64,000 nt of DNA from Myxococcales bacterium (GTDB lineage: Bacteria; Myxococcota_A; Polyangia; Palsa-1104; JAEUJZ01): NCBI GenBank assembly GCA_016794465.1, contig JAEUKA010000043.1, forward strand, positions 47,821-111,820, given 5' to 3'. The notes under the pieces were generated by a model, which saw only the letters and a list, made by a program, of their open reading frames with translations, made no database searches and had not been told where the DNA came from. The translations under genes and the position numbers were made by a program. This document shows positions 37,488-49,686 of the stretch, piece by piece (within the stretch, counting starts at the first letter, position 1; each line of letters opens with the position of its first letter).

Positions 37488-39107
37488 TTAGTCGCGGACC
37501 CGCCAGCGCGTCCCGGTGGGTGTGTCCATCACTTCCACGCCCAGCTCCCACAGAGACTGACGAAGCGCATCGCTCTTTGCGAAGTCCTTGGCCTGTCGCG
37601 CCTGCGCTCTTTCGGCCAGCTGCGATTCGATCTGCGCCGCATCAAGCCCGCGAACCTGAATCCGACGCAGGCGATGCTCCGCCAAAAACTCAGCTGGGGT
37701 CCGTGTGAGTAGCCCGAGCACCGCGCCAGCACGCTCCAGGTCAATCGACAGCCGCTGAAGCGTTCGTCGTCGCACATCCTTCGCAGGAGGAGGTGTCACT
37801 TTGCCGTCGAGAACTCGATTCGCCAACGCCAACGCGCCGCTCCACTCGGCCAGCGCCATCGGGGTATTGAAGTCATCGTCGAGCGCGGCAAACAAGCGCG
37901 CCAGCCAGCCGTCCGACTCGGGCAACACCACGCCGGGCGCTTCGGGCTTCTGACCTTGCAGGGCGTCGTCGAGTCGCTGCCTGGTCTGATATCCGTACTC
38001 GATGCGCTTCTCTGCTTCCTCCAGCCCGGGGAGCCGAAACGTTGCCGTCTCAGGCGGATCGTCGGGATTCATGTCCAGATCGAACGCCAGCGGGTTTCGA
38101 TACTGCGTCGTCAGCAGCCACAGCCTCACCGCTTCCCCACCGTGCCGCTCGATGCAGTTTCGCGCCACGAACATGTGGTAGAGCTTGCGCATCGCCTCGT
38201 CGCTCTTGGCGATCTTGCTGCCCTCGGCGAGTAGCTTGTCGCCAAAGACCCAGCGAAAGCCGATGAAGCCGTTGTGCAGCCAGTAGCGCGCAAACGTCCC
38301 CGGCCCGTGCAGCCCTTGCGACTGAGCGCGCTCATTTTCGTGATGCGGAAAGCGCAGATCGATGCCACCGCCGTGGATGTCGAACGTTGACCCGAGATAT
38401 TTCTCGGACATCGCCGAGCACTCGATGTGCCAGCCGGGACGGCCAGGGCCCCACGGTGACGGCCACGACGGCTCCTCGGGCTTGGCGGCTTTCCACAGCG
38501 CAAAGTCAGCCGGCTCACGCTTGCCGTCCTCAATTTCTTTGCGAGCGCCACAGAGCTGGTCTTCCCGAGGCAGCCTCGACAGCTCTCCATAGGCCGCAAA
38601 CGCAGCCACCGCAAAGTAGACGCTTCCCGACGACTCATAGGCAATGCCGCGCGCGATCAGCTGCTCGATCTGGGCAATCATCTCGGGAATGTGCTCGGTC
38701 GCGAGCGGCTCGACATCAGGAGGCTGGCAGCCAAGCGACTGATAGTCCCGTCGATACTCGGCGGTCCAGCGCGCGGCAAAGCACTTGGGATCGTCGCCAC
38801 ACTCATTGGCCCGACTGATGATCTTGTCGTCGACATCCGTGACGTTGCGCACGAAGGTAACGCGATAACCCCGCGCGCGGAGGTGCCGAGCGACGACATC
38901 GAAGACGACCAGTGGCCGCGCATTGCCGACGTGAAACAGGTTGTAGACCGTCGGACCACAGACGTACATGCGGATCTCACCGGGGACCACCGGCACAAGC
39001 TCGACTTTGCGCTGTTGGAAGCTGTCGTGGACGAAGACCTTCGCCAGGCCACTGGAGCTCGCCGTGTCCGCAGCCGATTCCGCCGCCTTTTGCCCTAGTG
39101 AGTGCAT
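37488..39107 (-). CDS. cysS: cysteine--tRNA ligase
   Basis: HIGH-region MYVCGPTVYNLFHVGNARP, KMSKS-like region and the Zn-binding cysteines; start at MHSLGQ is uncertain. Confidence 0.9.
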   Translation of the reverse strand: MHSLGQKAAESAADTASSSGLAKVFVHDSFQQRKVELVPVVPGEIRMYVCGPTVYNLFHVGNARPLVVFDVVARHLRARGYRVTFVRNVTDVDDKIISRANECGDDPKCFAARWTAEYRRDYQSLGCQPPDVEPLATEHIPEMIAQIEQLIARGIAYESSGSVYFAVAAFAAYGELSRLPREDQLCGARKEIEDGKREPADFALWKAAKPEEPSWPSPWGPGRPGWHIECSAMSEKYLGSTFDIHGGGIDLRFPHHENERAQSQGLHGPGTFARYWLHNGFIGFRWVFGDKLLAEGSKIAKSDEAMRKLYHMFVARNCIERHGGEAVRLWLLTTQYRNPLAFDLDMNPDDPPETATFRLPGLEEAEKRIEYGYQTRQRLDDALQGQKPEAPGVVLPESDGWLARLFAALDDDFNTPMALAEWSGALALANRVLDGKVTPPPAKDVRRRTLQRLSIDLERAGAVLGLLTRTPAEFLAEHRLRRIQVRGLDAAQIESQLAERAQARQAKDFAKSDALRQSLWELGVEVMDTPTGTRWRVRD

Positions 39108-39343
39108 GCCTGAACAATAATCGCGGCACCACGAGGCTGGCAACCTCTGTCGAGATCATTGACGGGTCGGACGAAAAACCACATACTTCCGGCAGCTTGG
39201 CGGCAGGACTGCCTGTCTGGCTCTGTTCACTCGGTCTTCGGACGATTCATTCGACTTCACTTCTAACCCAGATTGAGCAGAGGTAGCGGCAGCCTGTCCG
39301 AGCCATTTCCGACGAGCCGCGGCCACCTGGGACAAACACAAGC

Positions 39344-41367
39344 TTGGGCCTGATTCCTCACAGCAAAGTCGCGGAGATTCGCGACCGTACGGACATTGTT
39401 GCTGTCATCGGTGAACACGTTCAGCTTCGCCGCGCGGGAGTGAACTACCTCGGGCTCTGTCCGTTTCACCAAGAGAAGTCGCCGAGCTTCAACGTCAGTG
39501 CCACCAAGCAGTTTTTCTACTGCTTCGGCTGTCAGAAGTCCGGCGACGTGATCCGCTTCCTGATGGAGCGCGAGGGCCGCAGCTTCACCGATGTGGTTCG
39601 TGATCTGGCAGCGCGCGCGGGCGTCGATATTCCCGAGGATGAAGAAGAAGCGCGACCGGAGCGACGGGCCCAGCGACTGCAGCAAGAGAGCGAGCGGCTG
39701 CGACTGCTCAAGCTCAATGCCTTGGCGGCGCGCTACTACGAAGCCCAACTGGCGACGAGTGAGCGGGCGCTGCGCTACGTCGCGAGTCGTGGCATCGGGG
39801 ACGACATCCGCAAGAGCTTTCGACTCGGCTATGCCCCGGACAGCTGGGATGGACTTCTGCAAGTGCTCCGGCAGCGCGGCGTGCCTCACGAGCTGGCGGA
39901 GCTAGGCGGACTGCTCATTCGTCGCGACGGTAGCACGGCGCTGCCCAAAGGTGCGCTCCCGACGCCGCAGACGCACTACGATCGCTTCCGCGACCGGCTG
40001 CTGTGTCCGCTGCTTCTGCCCAGCTCCGGCAAGCAAGCCGAGTGCGAAGTGATTGCCTTCAGTGGCCGAGTGTTACCGACGGAGACTCCGCGTCCTAACG
40101 AAGGTGCGAAGTACATCAACTCGCCGGAGACGCCGCTGTATCGCAAAGGTCAGAACCTGTACGGGCTGCATGCGGCCCGCGACGCCGTTCAGAAGCGCCA
40201 TCAAGTCATCTTGGTGGAAGGCAACTTCGATGTGCTGTCGCTGCATCAGCGAGGCTTTGCCAACACACTGGCGCCGATGGGCACTGCTCTGACGGAAACG
40301 CAGGTGCGGCTGCTCGGGCGGCTGCTCGGTGAAGACGGTCATGTGGTGCTGATGCTCGACGGTGATAAGGCAGGGCGAGCAGCGACGCTGAAGGACATCT
40401 CGCTGATGATGCTGACGACGACGCAGCTGCACGATGTGGCGGCGCTGTCGCAGCGCGATATCGATGTCCGAGTCGCACGGCTGCCCGACGGAGAAGATCC
40501 CGATACGCTGGCCCAGCGTGACCCGGCGGCGCTCGAGCGAATTGTCGCCAAAGCGCAGCCGGCGATTGACTACGTGATCGACGAAGTACTCAGTACCAGC
40601 GAGCCCGACAGTCTGAACGCTCGCGCCAAGGTGATTGCGCGCATCACGCCGCTGTTGGCAGCGCTGCGCAACGAGACGCTGCGCGAGCTGTATGTGGGAC
40701 GACTGGCCTCGGCGCTGAACGTCGAAGCGAACGTTTTGTGGCGCCAAGTCGAACAAGCGCCCGATCGGGTGGCCGCAAGCCAGACCGATGGTCATCCAAC
40801 GGGAGAACTGCCACGTCGCGATGACCGAGCTCAGCGTCGGCCAGTGCTGGCGCGAGAGACACCCACTCGCAGCGAAGCGCCACCGCTCGATGGCGGACTG
40901 CGCAACTTGCTGGGACTTTTGGCAGATCATCCCGTGCTGTTGGACCGGCTGAGCGACGACACAATCGGCGCAATCAGTCACCCTGCCCTGGGCGAGCTTT
41001 TGCGAGAGGCGCGCGACCTATGCCATAGTGGCGAGATTGTTTCCGTCGAAACCCTCGTCAATCTGTGCCCGGTCGAGCTACGCGCTTCCGTCGCTGCGGC
41101 GATGCTTTCCGGTCGCTTTGCGGCTGCCGAACATCCCGACGAGCAGCTCGCACGCATGTCCGCCGAGCTGCGTGCTCAAGCGATCGTCCGCGAGGTCAAC
41201 GACCTGCAGCGCTCGCTCCAGCGTATCAGCCGGACCGATGAGCAAGAAAACAGACTTCAGCTTCTTTCGCGCATACAAGATCTCACCAAGTTACGCGCGT
41301 CCCTCTTACAAAATAGCCACCCGGGACAGCCGGCCGTGGCTGGTACCGCCCAAGGAGATACCCCGCG

Positions 41368-41371
<4 letters not shown>
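39344..41371 (+). CDS. dnaG: DNA primase
   Basis: zinc-binding domain [30 protein letters not shown]; TOPRIM region. Confidence 0.9.
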
Positions 41372-43194
<1,823 letters not shown>

Positions 43195-43198
43195 CCGC

Positions 43199-44005
43199 CT
43201 ACCGACCGACCAGGAAGTACCACGCGACGGTGGCTGCCGTTCCACCAAGCATGGTCGCCAGGGCGTTGACCGTGTCGTTGTCGATGCCGGCAATGCCTTC
43301 GGTGACCAGCGTGGCGCCACCGCAGACATGACGAGACTGCTCGGTCGCTTCCCCACACCGCACACACTGCCGTTTTTCTTGCAGCGTCGCGCCCAGCACC
43401 GAGTCCATCCAGCCACCAAAGATCCCCCCCAGCAGCACCAGCAGCGTCCGCAAAAGCGAGCCCTGCCCCGGCTGTAGCCACGTCAACAGCGCAATAAACA
43501 GCGCTCCAGCGACCATTCCCACCGTGCCAATCGCCGAGATCGCCCCCGAGGTCCCCGCCGGCACTTCCTGCAGCGTCAAGATGTGGCGCGGTGGCGACTT
43601 CGACAAAAGGCCCAGCTCGGTCGCCCAGGTATCCGCGTTGGCAGCCGCCAGGCTCGCCAGTCCACCGACGAGATACATCGACCGCCCAGTCAGCGCATAG
43701 AGACAGCAAAACAGCGCCGCCGGACCGCCATTGGCCAACACCTGCAGGCCGTCCCGCGAGTCACCTTTTTCGATGATCGACGCAGAGGGCTCCGCAGACT
43801 CGGCCCGCTCGCCGCGACGCAGCTTGCCCAAGGCCGTGCTGCTTAGAAAAAACGCCACCAGCGCCACCCCAGCAATGCCGTCCCCAAACCCAAAGACCAG
43901 CGTCCCCACCACCACCGCCCACAGCGCTCCCGTCTCCGTCAGGGCTCCGCGCCGATGGGCTCCGTACGCAATGTAGAGCGAGATCAAAAAACCGATGAGC
44001 AGCAT
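43199..44005 (-). CDS. DUF92/TIGR00297-family integral membrane protein
   Basis: about 7 TM helices; conserved DUF92-like N-terminus LLIGFLISLYIAYGAHRRGALT. Confidence 0.65.
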   Translation of the reverse strand: MLLIGFLISLYIAYGAHRRGALTETGALWAVVVGTLVFGFGDGIAGVALVAFFLSSTALGKLRRGERAESAEPSASIIEKGDSRDGLQVLANGGPAALFCCLYALTGRSMYLVGGLASLAAANADTWATELGLLSKSPPRHILTLQEVPAGTSGAISAIGTVGMVAGALFIALLTWLQPGQGSLLRTLLVLLGGIFGGWMDSVLGATLQEKRQCVRCGEATEQSRHVCGGATLVTEGIAGIDNDTVNALATMLGGTAATVAWYFLVGR

Positions 44006-44049
44006 GCGAGGCCATTATCACACCACCTGTCGCTGCCACGCCGACCGAT

Positions 44050-45135
44050 TTACATCTGCAGATAGCTGAGCGCGACGAGCGGGCCGGTGTTGCCGTCGTG
44101 CGTACGGACCAAGACCACGCCCTCGCCGCTCGCCAGCGGGAGCAGCTCGTGATCACTGTGGGCCGGCCCAGCCCCGAGGAGCAAGCGCTGCGGCAGGCCA
44201 CTGTCCCGCTTGCCTGGATCGAGCGAAAGGCCAATCCCGATAAGCTCGGTCTTCTGCAACTCACCCCGCTCGGCCACGACCAGCTGCAGGCGCTTCGCCG
44301 TCACCGCCGCCCGCAGCCGCTGCACCGATCCCTCGAAGGCAAAGCGCTTCTCGAGCCGCCAGCCCATCGACTGCCGATCCATGCCAATCACCCGCCCCGC
44401 CGCCCCATCGACCACCAGCAGTAGCTCGCCGGAAACCAGCAGCTCCCGTGTCTCCGCGTCTCCTCCCGGTGGCGGCACCGACCCAATCACCGCCAGACCC
44501 TGGGGCGGCACCCGCAGCACCTGTCGCGCTTGCAGCAGATAGTCCGAGTCCCCGTGATGAAGGAACAGCTCGACCGCACCCGCACCCTCAACCGTGCGCG
44601 CCGCCCGCACCGCCAGCGCCGCATCGAGCCGCAGCACCATCGCTTGATCCTCGACGGCACAGCGCACCAGCACAAACACCTGCTGGCCATCGCTCTGGAG
44701 CAGTGCTCGCTCGCGCAGGGTACACGGACCGGGCAGCGTCACCGTCTGCTGCGTCGCGGTCTTGGCGTCCCGATCGTAGACCAGCAGCGGCAGCTCCCGC
44801 TCGGTCTTGGCGGGCGAGCCCGGCAGCGGCGCTTCGATGATTCGCCCATCGACAAAGGTCAGCTCTCCGGCACGCGGCACAAAGCCTGTGGGACTGCGCT
44901 GCTCGGTGGTGCCCAGCGGACGAAACACCGCCGGCAGACCGGGCCGCTCACTTGCCCACAAGACATAGTGAGGATCGCTGCCAGCCGCCGGAAACACCCG
45001 CAGCCGCGACGGAGCATAGTGAACCACGACCTGCTCGGGAGACGCTTCCTGCGGCGTCGGCAGCCGCGCAGGCGGAGCCGCCTTCTGACAGGCAGCAAGC
45101 AACAGCAACGCGGCAAAACAGGGAAGGTAGCGCAT
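44050..45135 (-). CDS. hypothetical lipoprotein
   Basis: start at MRYLPCFAALLLLAAC (lipobox), overlapping the upstream stop by 1 nt; the longer ORF above it is Arg/Ala GC-frame noise. Confidence 0.6.
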   Translation of the reverse strand: MRYLPCFAALLLLAACQKAAPPARLPTPQEASPEQVVVHYAPSRLRVFPAAGSDPHYVLWASERPGLPAVFRPLGTTEQRSPTGFVPRAGELTFVDGRIIEAPLPGSPAKTERELPLLVYDRDAKTATQQTVTLPGPCTLRERALLQSDGQQVFVLVRCAVEDQAMVLRLDAALAVRAARTVEGAGAVELFLHHGDSDYLLQARQVLRVPPQGLAVIGSVPPPGGDAETRELLVSGELLLVVDGAAGRVIGMDRQSMGWRLEKRFAFEGSVQRLRAAVTAKRLQLVVAERGELQKTELIGIGLSLDPGKRDSGLPQRLLLGAGPAHSDHELLPLASGEGVVLVRTHDGNTGPLVALSYLQM

Positions 45136-45851
45136 CAGTGAAGGTGGCTTGGGCTCGGACGGCCATGCAGCGGCGGCAGGTGAGTGTCTAACAGGCGCAG
45201 CCGCTCGACGGCAAGCTGTAATCGCTCGCTGTCGCCATGACGCAGGTAGATGTTGCGCAGGTTGCCGAGCATGCGGGCAATCACAGTGTGCTTTCCGACC
45301 GGCTCGATGTCGCTTTTTTGAATCGGTCGCTGTTTGCCAGTCGCCCGCTGCATCAGCGCATGGAGGTCGGCGTGCTCGAGCAGCTCTCCAGTGGTCGGAT
45401 CGAACAGCAGCGGCGGCGTTCCCTTCGGGCTCTCGCCCCGCAGCAGGAAGTGCCCGGGAAACGACACGCCCCACAGCGGCACGCCACAGCGCCGGGCGAC
45501 CTCCAGGGCCACCACTGACAGCAAGATCGGCAGCCCGTGCTTCTCATCTAGGACGAAGTTGAGGAAGCTCGCTTGCGGATCGTCGTAGTCGCCGCGCGCG
45601 CAGGTAAAGCCCTCTTCACACAGCAGGTCAACAAGCTGCTGCGCCCGCTCCCCAGGCTCCGCCGAGGCCGGAATGTCCGGCAGAAGACGCGCCGCCAGCT
45701 CATCCAGCCGTTCCTGGTAGTGCGCGATGTCGAGGTCTGGATACTCCGGCTCTGCCAAGACCAGCGCCGCCTGCCCCAGGTCCAGCTCTGCGTCGGGCCG
45801 GCACACGACGTGGGAAAACAGCAGCAGCCGCAGATCGTTTGCGAGGATCAC
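45135..45851 (-). CDS. transglutaminase-like/SirB1 (UPF0162) family protein
   Basis: Transglut_core2-like region (LLCEEGFTCARGDYDDP...GLPILLSVVALEVARRCGVPLWGVSFPGHFLL) with a TPR-like tail. Confidence 0.65.
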   Translation of the reverse strand: MILANDLRLLLFSHVVCRPDAELDLGQAALVLAEPEYPDLDIAHYQERLDELAARLLPDIPASAEPGERAQQLVDLLCEEGFTCARGDYDDPQASFLNFVLDEKHGLPILLSVVALEVARRCGVPLWGVSFPGHFLLRGESPKGTPPLLFDPTTGELLEHADLHALMQRATGKQRPIQKSDIEPVGKHTVIARMLGNLRNIYLRHGDSERLQLAVERLRLLDTHLPPLHGRPSPSHLH

Positions 45852-46105
45852 AAGCGGGCGCGGGCCGAGGGCCCTTCCGTCTGCCGGTAGTTGGTGAGGA
45901 CCGATGGAACCACCACCATCTCGCGGTGACGCTCGATGACATCACCGGCATCGTTGCTGACCTCGACGTGGGATAGCACGATGGTGAGGACTTCGCCTTC
46001 AGCGGGACGGACGGTGGCGACATACCCGGTGATGTGACAGCCGTTCTCGTAGTCAAACGTGACCCGGTGGCTGACCAGATCGCGGAGGTGCTTGCTCAGT
46101 GACAT
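45848..46105 (-). CDS. small hypothetical protein (85 aa; start uncertain, alternatives at 46225 or 46276)
   Basis: C-terminal part of a 269-aa ORF whose N-terminal two-thirds looks like GC-frame noise; ATGA overlap with the downstream gene; AAGGG RBS before the ATG at 46105. Confidence 0.35.
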   Translation of the reverse strand: MSLSKHLRDLVSHRVTFDYENGCHITGYVATVRPAEGEVLTIVLSHVEVSNDAGDVIERHREMVVVPSVLTNYRQTEGPSARARL

Positions 46106-46214
46106 GTCGCCCTTATACCACGGCCAACTCTCCAAGTTGAAGCCCGCCGGTTCCACTTGCCGCACGATGCCTGTACCTTTGTGAGTGGAACGAAGCCTAT
46201 CCGCATGAAGGAGC

Positions 46215-47222
46215 ATGGGTAGCATGTCCGAGGCTGCTTTGAAGGTTCGCTGGCCGTGGGTCGTCGTCGCCGTCATCGGCCTGTGTGGAGCGCTGGTGCT
46301 GCCGGTACTGTCGCTGAAGCAGGAAGCCAGGCCCACGCAGACCCTGCCGAGTGGGCGTCCCGACCCGCAGGTCCGGCTCCAACCGACGCCGCAGACGAAG
46401 TCGAAAGAGGGCGGAGGGAATGCCGGCGCCAAGGCGGGACATGGGCATGGCCGTCTGGCTCCCGAAGCGCTAGGCCCAGTTGCCGCAGGTCCGCCCGGTC
46501 CGCCCGATCCCAACGCGAGCAACGAAGGGGCTGCCGATGATCGCGCGACCCGTAGCCGTCCGGCGATCACTCCCGAGGAGATCAAGCAGCAGCTGCCGGG
46601 TCGCTTCGCCCTGTCCGCGCCCCTGCAGATGCAGGTTGGCCGCAGCGAGCACGTCACCCTGGTGGCGGGGATCGAGCAGCTGCGGTCGATGGTCGTGCAA
46701 GAGCTTCAGGCAGTGACCGGCAAAGACGACGCCGAGCGGATCACGACCAAGGATCTGCCGCTGTCCAAGCTGCTGCGGATCGAGCTGCGGGCCGACAGCG
46801 ATGCCGACTTCGAGATCAAAGCGTTCACCCCGTCCGATCAGCGCCTGTCCAACCAGCAAGCGACGACCTGGGAGTGGTCGGTGACGCCGAAGCTCGATGG
46901 CAGCCGCAACCTAACCGTGATCATCAGCAATCTGGTCGATGGTCAGGGGCAACCGATTGCGGTGACGATTGCCCGGCGGACGGTCCAGGTGACGCTGTCG
47001 TGGCCGCAGCGGATTCGCGAAGTCTCGGGGGCGGCGTCCTCGGCGGCCAGTGCCCTGGCGGGGCTGATTGGGACGTGGATGGGGCTGCTCAAGCCGTATC
47101 TTGCACGCCGCCGGGAGTCCGAAGGCAAAGCCGCAAGCGGAAAGCCCGATGCAGCCGGCGACAGTCCCCCGCCCGGTGACGCCAAACCCCCCGCCCAGCC
47201 CCCCAAGCAACCCGCCAGCTGA
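46215..47222 (+). CDS. hypothetical membrane-anchored protein
   Basis: GAAGGAG RBS; N-terminal TM WPWVVVAVIGLCGALVLPVL; Pro/Gly-rich spacer; C-terminal amphipathic segment. Confidence 0.6.
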   Translation: MGSMSEAALKVRWPWVVVAVIGLCGALVLPVLSLKQEARPTQTLPSGRPDPQVRLQPTPQTKSKEGGGNAGAKAGHGHGRLAPEALGPVAAGPPGPPDPNASNEGAADDRATRSRPAITPEEIKQQLPGRFALSAPLQMQVGRSEHVTLVAGIEQLRSMVVQELQAVTGKDDAERITTKDLPLSKLLRIELRADSDADFEIKAFTPSDQRLSNQQATTWEWSVTPKLDGSRNLTVIISNLVDGQGQPIAVTIARRTVQVTLSWPQRIREVSGAASSAASALAGLIGTWMGLLKPYLARRRESEGKAASGKPDAAGDSPPPGDAKPPAQPPKQPAS

Positions 47223-47423
47223 GGTCCGGGGACATCGGCGGCTCGGTTTCATCCGGTTCTTTGATGTCCGGGGACATCGGCGGCTCGGTTTCAACCCGTC
47301 TTTGGATGTCCTGGGACATCTGGTAGTTCGGTTTCATCCGGTCTTTGGATGTCCGGGGACATCTTCGGCCCGGTTTCATCCGATTCTTTGATGTCCGGGG
47401 ACATCGGCGGGCTGGTTTTGGCC
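47221..47423. repeat. tandem array of five ~42-bp units, each carrying the perfect 16-bp palindrome GATGTCCGGGGACATC
   Basis: seen directly; fills the whole gap between the convergent genes 46215..47222(+) and 47426..48451(-); units contiguous, no spacers. Confidence 0.85.
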
Positions 47424-47425
47424 TT

Positions 47426-48451
47426 TCAGCAGGCTGCCAGCTGGCGGAGCTTTTCGGTGGTGGGGCGCAGTCGCCCGGTCTGGAGAAAGAACTGGACGGT
47501 GTCGCGCAGAGAGTCTCGCAGCGGACGAATGGTGTAGCCGAGCTCGGCCTTGGCCTTGTCCGATGACACCCAGGTACACATGTGGCCGGCCTTGGCGAGC
47601 TGTCGCGACAGGCTGGCATGTTGCTTCCGCAGCCGCGCCACGAGCTCCAGCACTCCCGCGACGGAGTAGGCCAGCGGATAGGGCACCTTCGGCGGCGGCG
47701 CCACCCCGGTCAGCTCTTCAATCGTCGCCAGCAGCTCGGTCAGCGTCACGTTGTTGCCGCCCAAAATGTAGGTCTGCCCCGGTCGCCCTCGGTCGAGCGC
47801 CGCCACGTGCGCCGCCGCCATCTCGCGGACATCGCCAAAGCTGGGCCGACCTTCGACATAGACCGGCATCTTGCGGCGGACAAAGGCCAGGATTGTCGAC
47901 GTGCTCGACTGAAGGACATCGCCCGGCCCTAGCACCACCACCGGACGCAGGATCGTAAGCGGCAGTCCCCGCTCGGCCACCTTCAGCGCCTCCCGCTCGC
48001 CGTGGAGCTTGCTGCGGCTGTAGTCGAGTCCGATGTCGTCGGCGTTGGTCGGGGTGTCCTCGGTCGCCACCCGCTCGGTCGCACTGCCGCCCATCGCCGC
48101 CACCGACGAGGTCAGCACCGCCCGCTCGACCTTCGCCGCCAGCGCCGCCGCCATCACGATCCCCGAGCCGGTCGCGTTCACCCGATACATGTACTCCGGG
48201 TTGTCGGGATTGAAGTGCGGAATGCCGGCGGTATGAATCACCGCCTGACAGCCTGCCAGCCCCGCCCGCACCGAGTCGGCATCGAGCACATCGCCGTAGG
48301 CCGTATCGACCTTGTCGCCCAGCAGCTCACTCAGGTTGTCGAGCTTGCTGCTCTTGCGGACCAGCACCCGCGCCGAGTGCCCCGACTCGACCAGCTTGCG
48401 CACCACCCACGAGCCCAAAAATCCCGTCGCACCCGTGACAAATACCTTCAT
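47426..48451 (-). CDS. NAD-dependent epimerase/dehydratase (SDR family)
   Basis: Rossmann GxxGxxG MKVFVTGATGFLGSWVV and a YxxxK region. Confidence 0.85.
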   Translation of the reverse strand: MKVFVTGATGFLGSWVVRKLVESGHSARVLVRKSSKLDNLSELLGDKVDTAYGDVLDADSVRAGLAGCQAVIHTAGIPHFNPDNPEYMYRVNATGSGIVMAAALAAKVERAVLTSSVAAMGGSATERVATEDTPTNADDIGLDYSRSKLHGEREALKVAERGLPLTILRPVVVLGPGDVLQSSTSTILAFVRRKMPVYVEGRPSFGDVREMAAAHVAALDRGRPGQTYILGGNNVTLTELLATIEELTGVAPPPKVPYPLAYSVAGVLELVARLRKQHASLSRQLAKAGHMCTWVSSDKAKAELGYTIRPLRDSLRDTVQFFLQTGRLRPTTEKLRQLAAC

Positions 48452-48457
48452 GGCGGT

Positions 48458-49249
48458 CTAGTTCTCGTTCTCGAAGTTGACGGTGTAGCGCTCGATCACA
48501 AACGCCACCGGCTTGCCGTCCTTGCCCATCGCGGGCTTGAACCGGCAGCGCGGGTCGAAGCGCAGAAAGCCAATCGCGAGGCTGTCGACCTCGGGGCTCA
48601 GACCCTTGATCTTCTTGATCGCTCGAACCTTGCCCCGCTCGTCCAGCTCGATGCGCAGGATCACCTTGCCTTCCAGTCCCTGGGCGTGCGTCTCGGAGCG
48701 CGACCACTTGTCTTTCATGCTCGGTCCGCACTCGTCCGACTCGGACTCCGGCAGCTTGGCGAGGTTTTCTTCGGCCACCGGACGATACTCGGCCCCACCC
48801 GGCGCACTCGAGGGCGGCAGCGGCGGAATCTCGGTCACCTTGGGCCGCTTGCCCGGGTCGGCCATGGTCGTGTTTCCGACTGCCACCGAGATGCCCTGCC
48901 CACCGGTCTGACTGGCGTCGATCCCAAAGATCGGCTTCGGCGGCTCTTTGGGCGGCTCGGCGAGCGGCGGCGTCGAAGGCTTCGGAGCTTCCGCCGGCTT
49001 CGGCTGGCGCTTGGTGATCTTCTTCGGCGGCTCCGGCGGCGGCGGTTCCGGCGGCTTCGGAGGCTCGGGCTTCGTCTCGGGCGGCGGGGGCGGCGGCGGC
49101 TCCTTCTTCTTGCGGAACTCGACCTCGACCACCGTCGGCCCAATCTTGTCCGGGGGCTTGGCGACGTACAAATACAGCAGCACTCCGCCGTGCAGCAGCG
49201 CCGCCAGCAGCATGCCAATGCCGTCGAACTTGGTGACGATGCCGGTCAC
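48458..49249 (-). CDS. tonB: energy transducer TonB
   Basis: N-terminal TM; Pro-rich (PPPPPPPETKPEPPKPPEPPPPEPP) spacer; C-terminal TonB domain; last gene of the exbB-exbD-tonB operon. Confidence 0.85.
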   Translation of the reverse strand: MTGIVTKFDGIGMLLAALLHGGVLLYLYVAKPPDKIGPTVVEVEFRKKKEPPPPPPPETKPEPPKPPEPPPPEPPKKITKRQPKPAEAPKPSTPPLAEPPKEPPKPIFGIDASQTGGQGISVAVGNTTMADPGKRPKVTEIPPLPPSSAPGGAEYRPVAEENLAKLPESESDECGPSMKDKWSRSETHAQGLEGKVILRIELDERGKVRAIKKIKGLSPEVDSLAIGFLRFDPRCRFKPAMGKDGKPVAFVIERYTVNFENEN

Positions 49250-49686
49250 GAACCGTCTGTCGCCATTGCGAACTTGGTGACGCCCAAGGTCTTGACCAAG
49301 TCGACAATGTGCATGACATCCCCGTAGGCGATGCCTTTGTCACCGGCAATCACCGCCTGGATGTCTTTGTTTTTGCCCACCAGATCCGTGATCAGGACCC
49401 GCGCCTTGGCCTCGTCGACCTTCTCGCCATTGAGAAACAAGTCGAAGCCGCCTTCGCCGCTGGGTCGCTTGGTCAGGGTCAGGGACAGCGTCGTCTTTTG
49501 CGTCTCGTCACCACTGGCCGCCTTGGGCAGCTCGACCTTGATCGACGGATTGTTCGCAATCATCGGCGCCGCCACCATCATGATGATGAGCAGCACCAGG
49601 GTAATATCGACGAGAGGCGTGACGTTGATGTCAGCGATCATCCCGCCGCCATCGTCATCCCCCCCCGACATCGTGCCGCCGGCCAT
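49246..49686 (-). CDS. exbD: biopolymer transport protein ExbD/TolR
   Basis: ADINVTPLVDITLVLLIIMMV motif; overlapping stop/start with neighbours. Confidence 0.9.
   Translation of the reverse strand: MAGGTMSGGDDDGGGMIADINVTPLVDITLVLLIIMMVAAPMIANNPSIKVELPKAASGDETQKTTLSLTLTKRPSGEGGFDLFLNGEKVDEAKARVLITDLVGKNKDIQAVIAGDKGIAYGDVMHIVDLVKTLGVTKFAMATDGS

Noticed and set aside
47221-47423. Possible CRISPR array (regular ~42-bp palindromic repeats)
   Set aside because: The units are directly contiguous with no unique spacers between them, no cas genes lie nearby, and the repeats are degenerate. I treat it as a tandem palindromic REP-like array.
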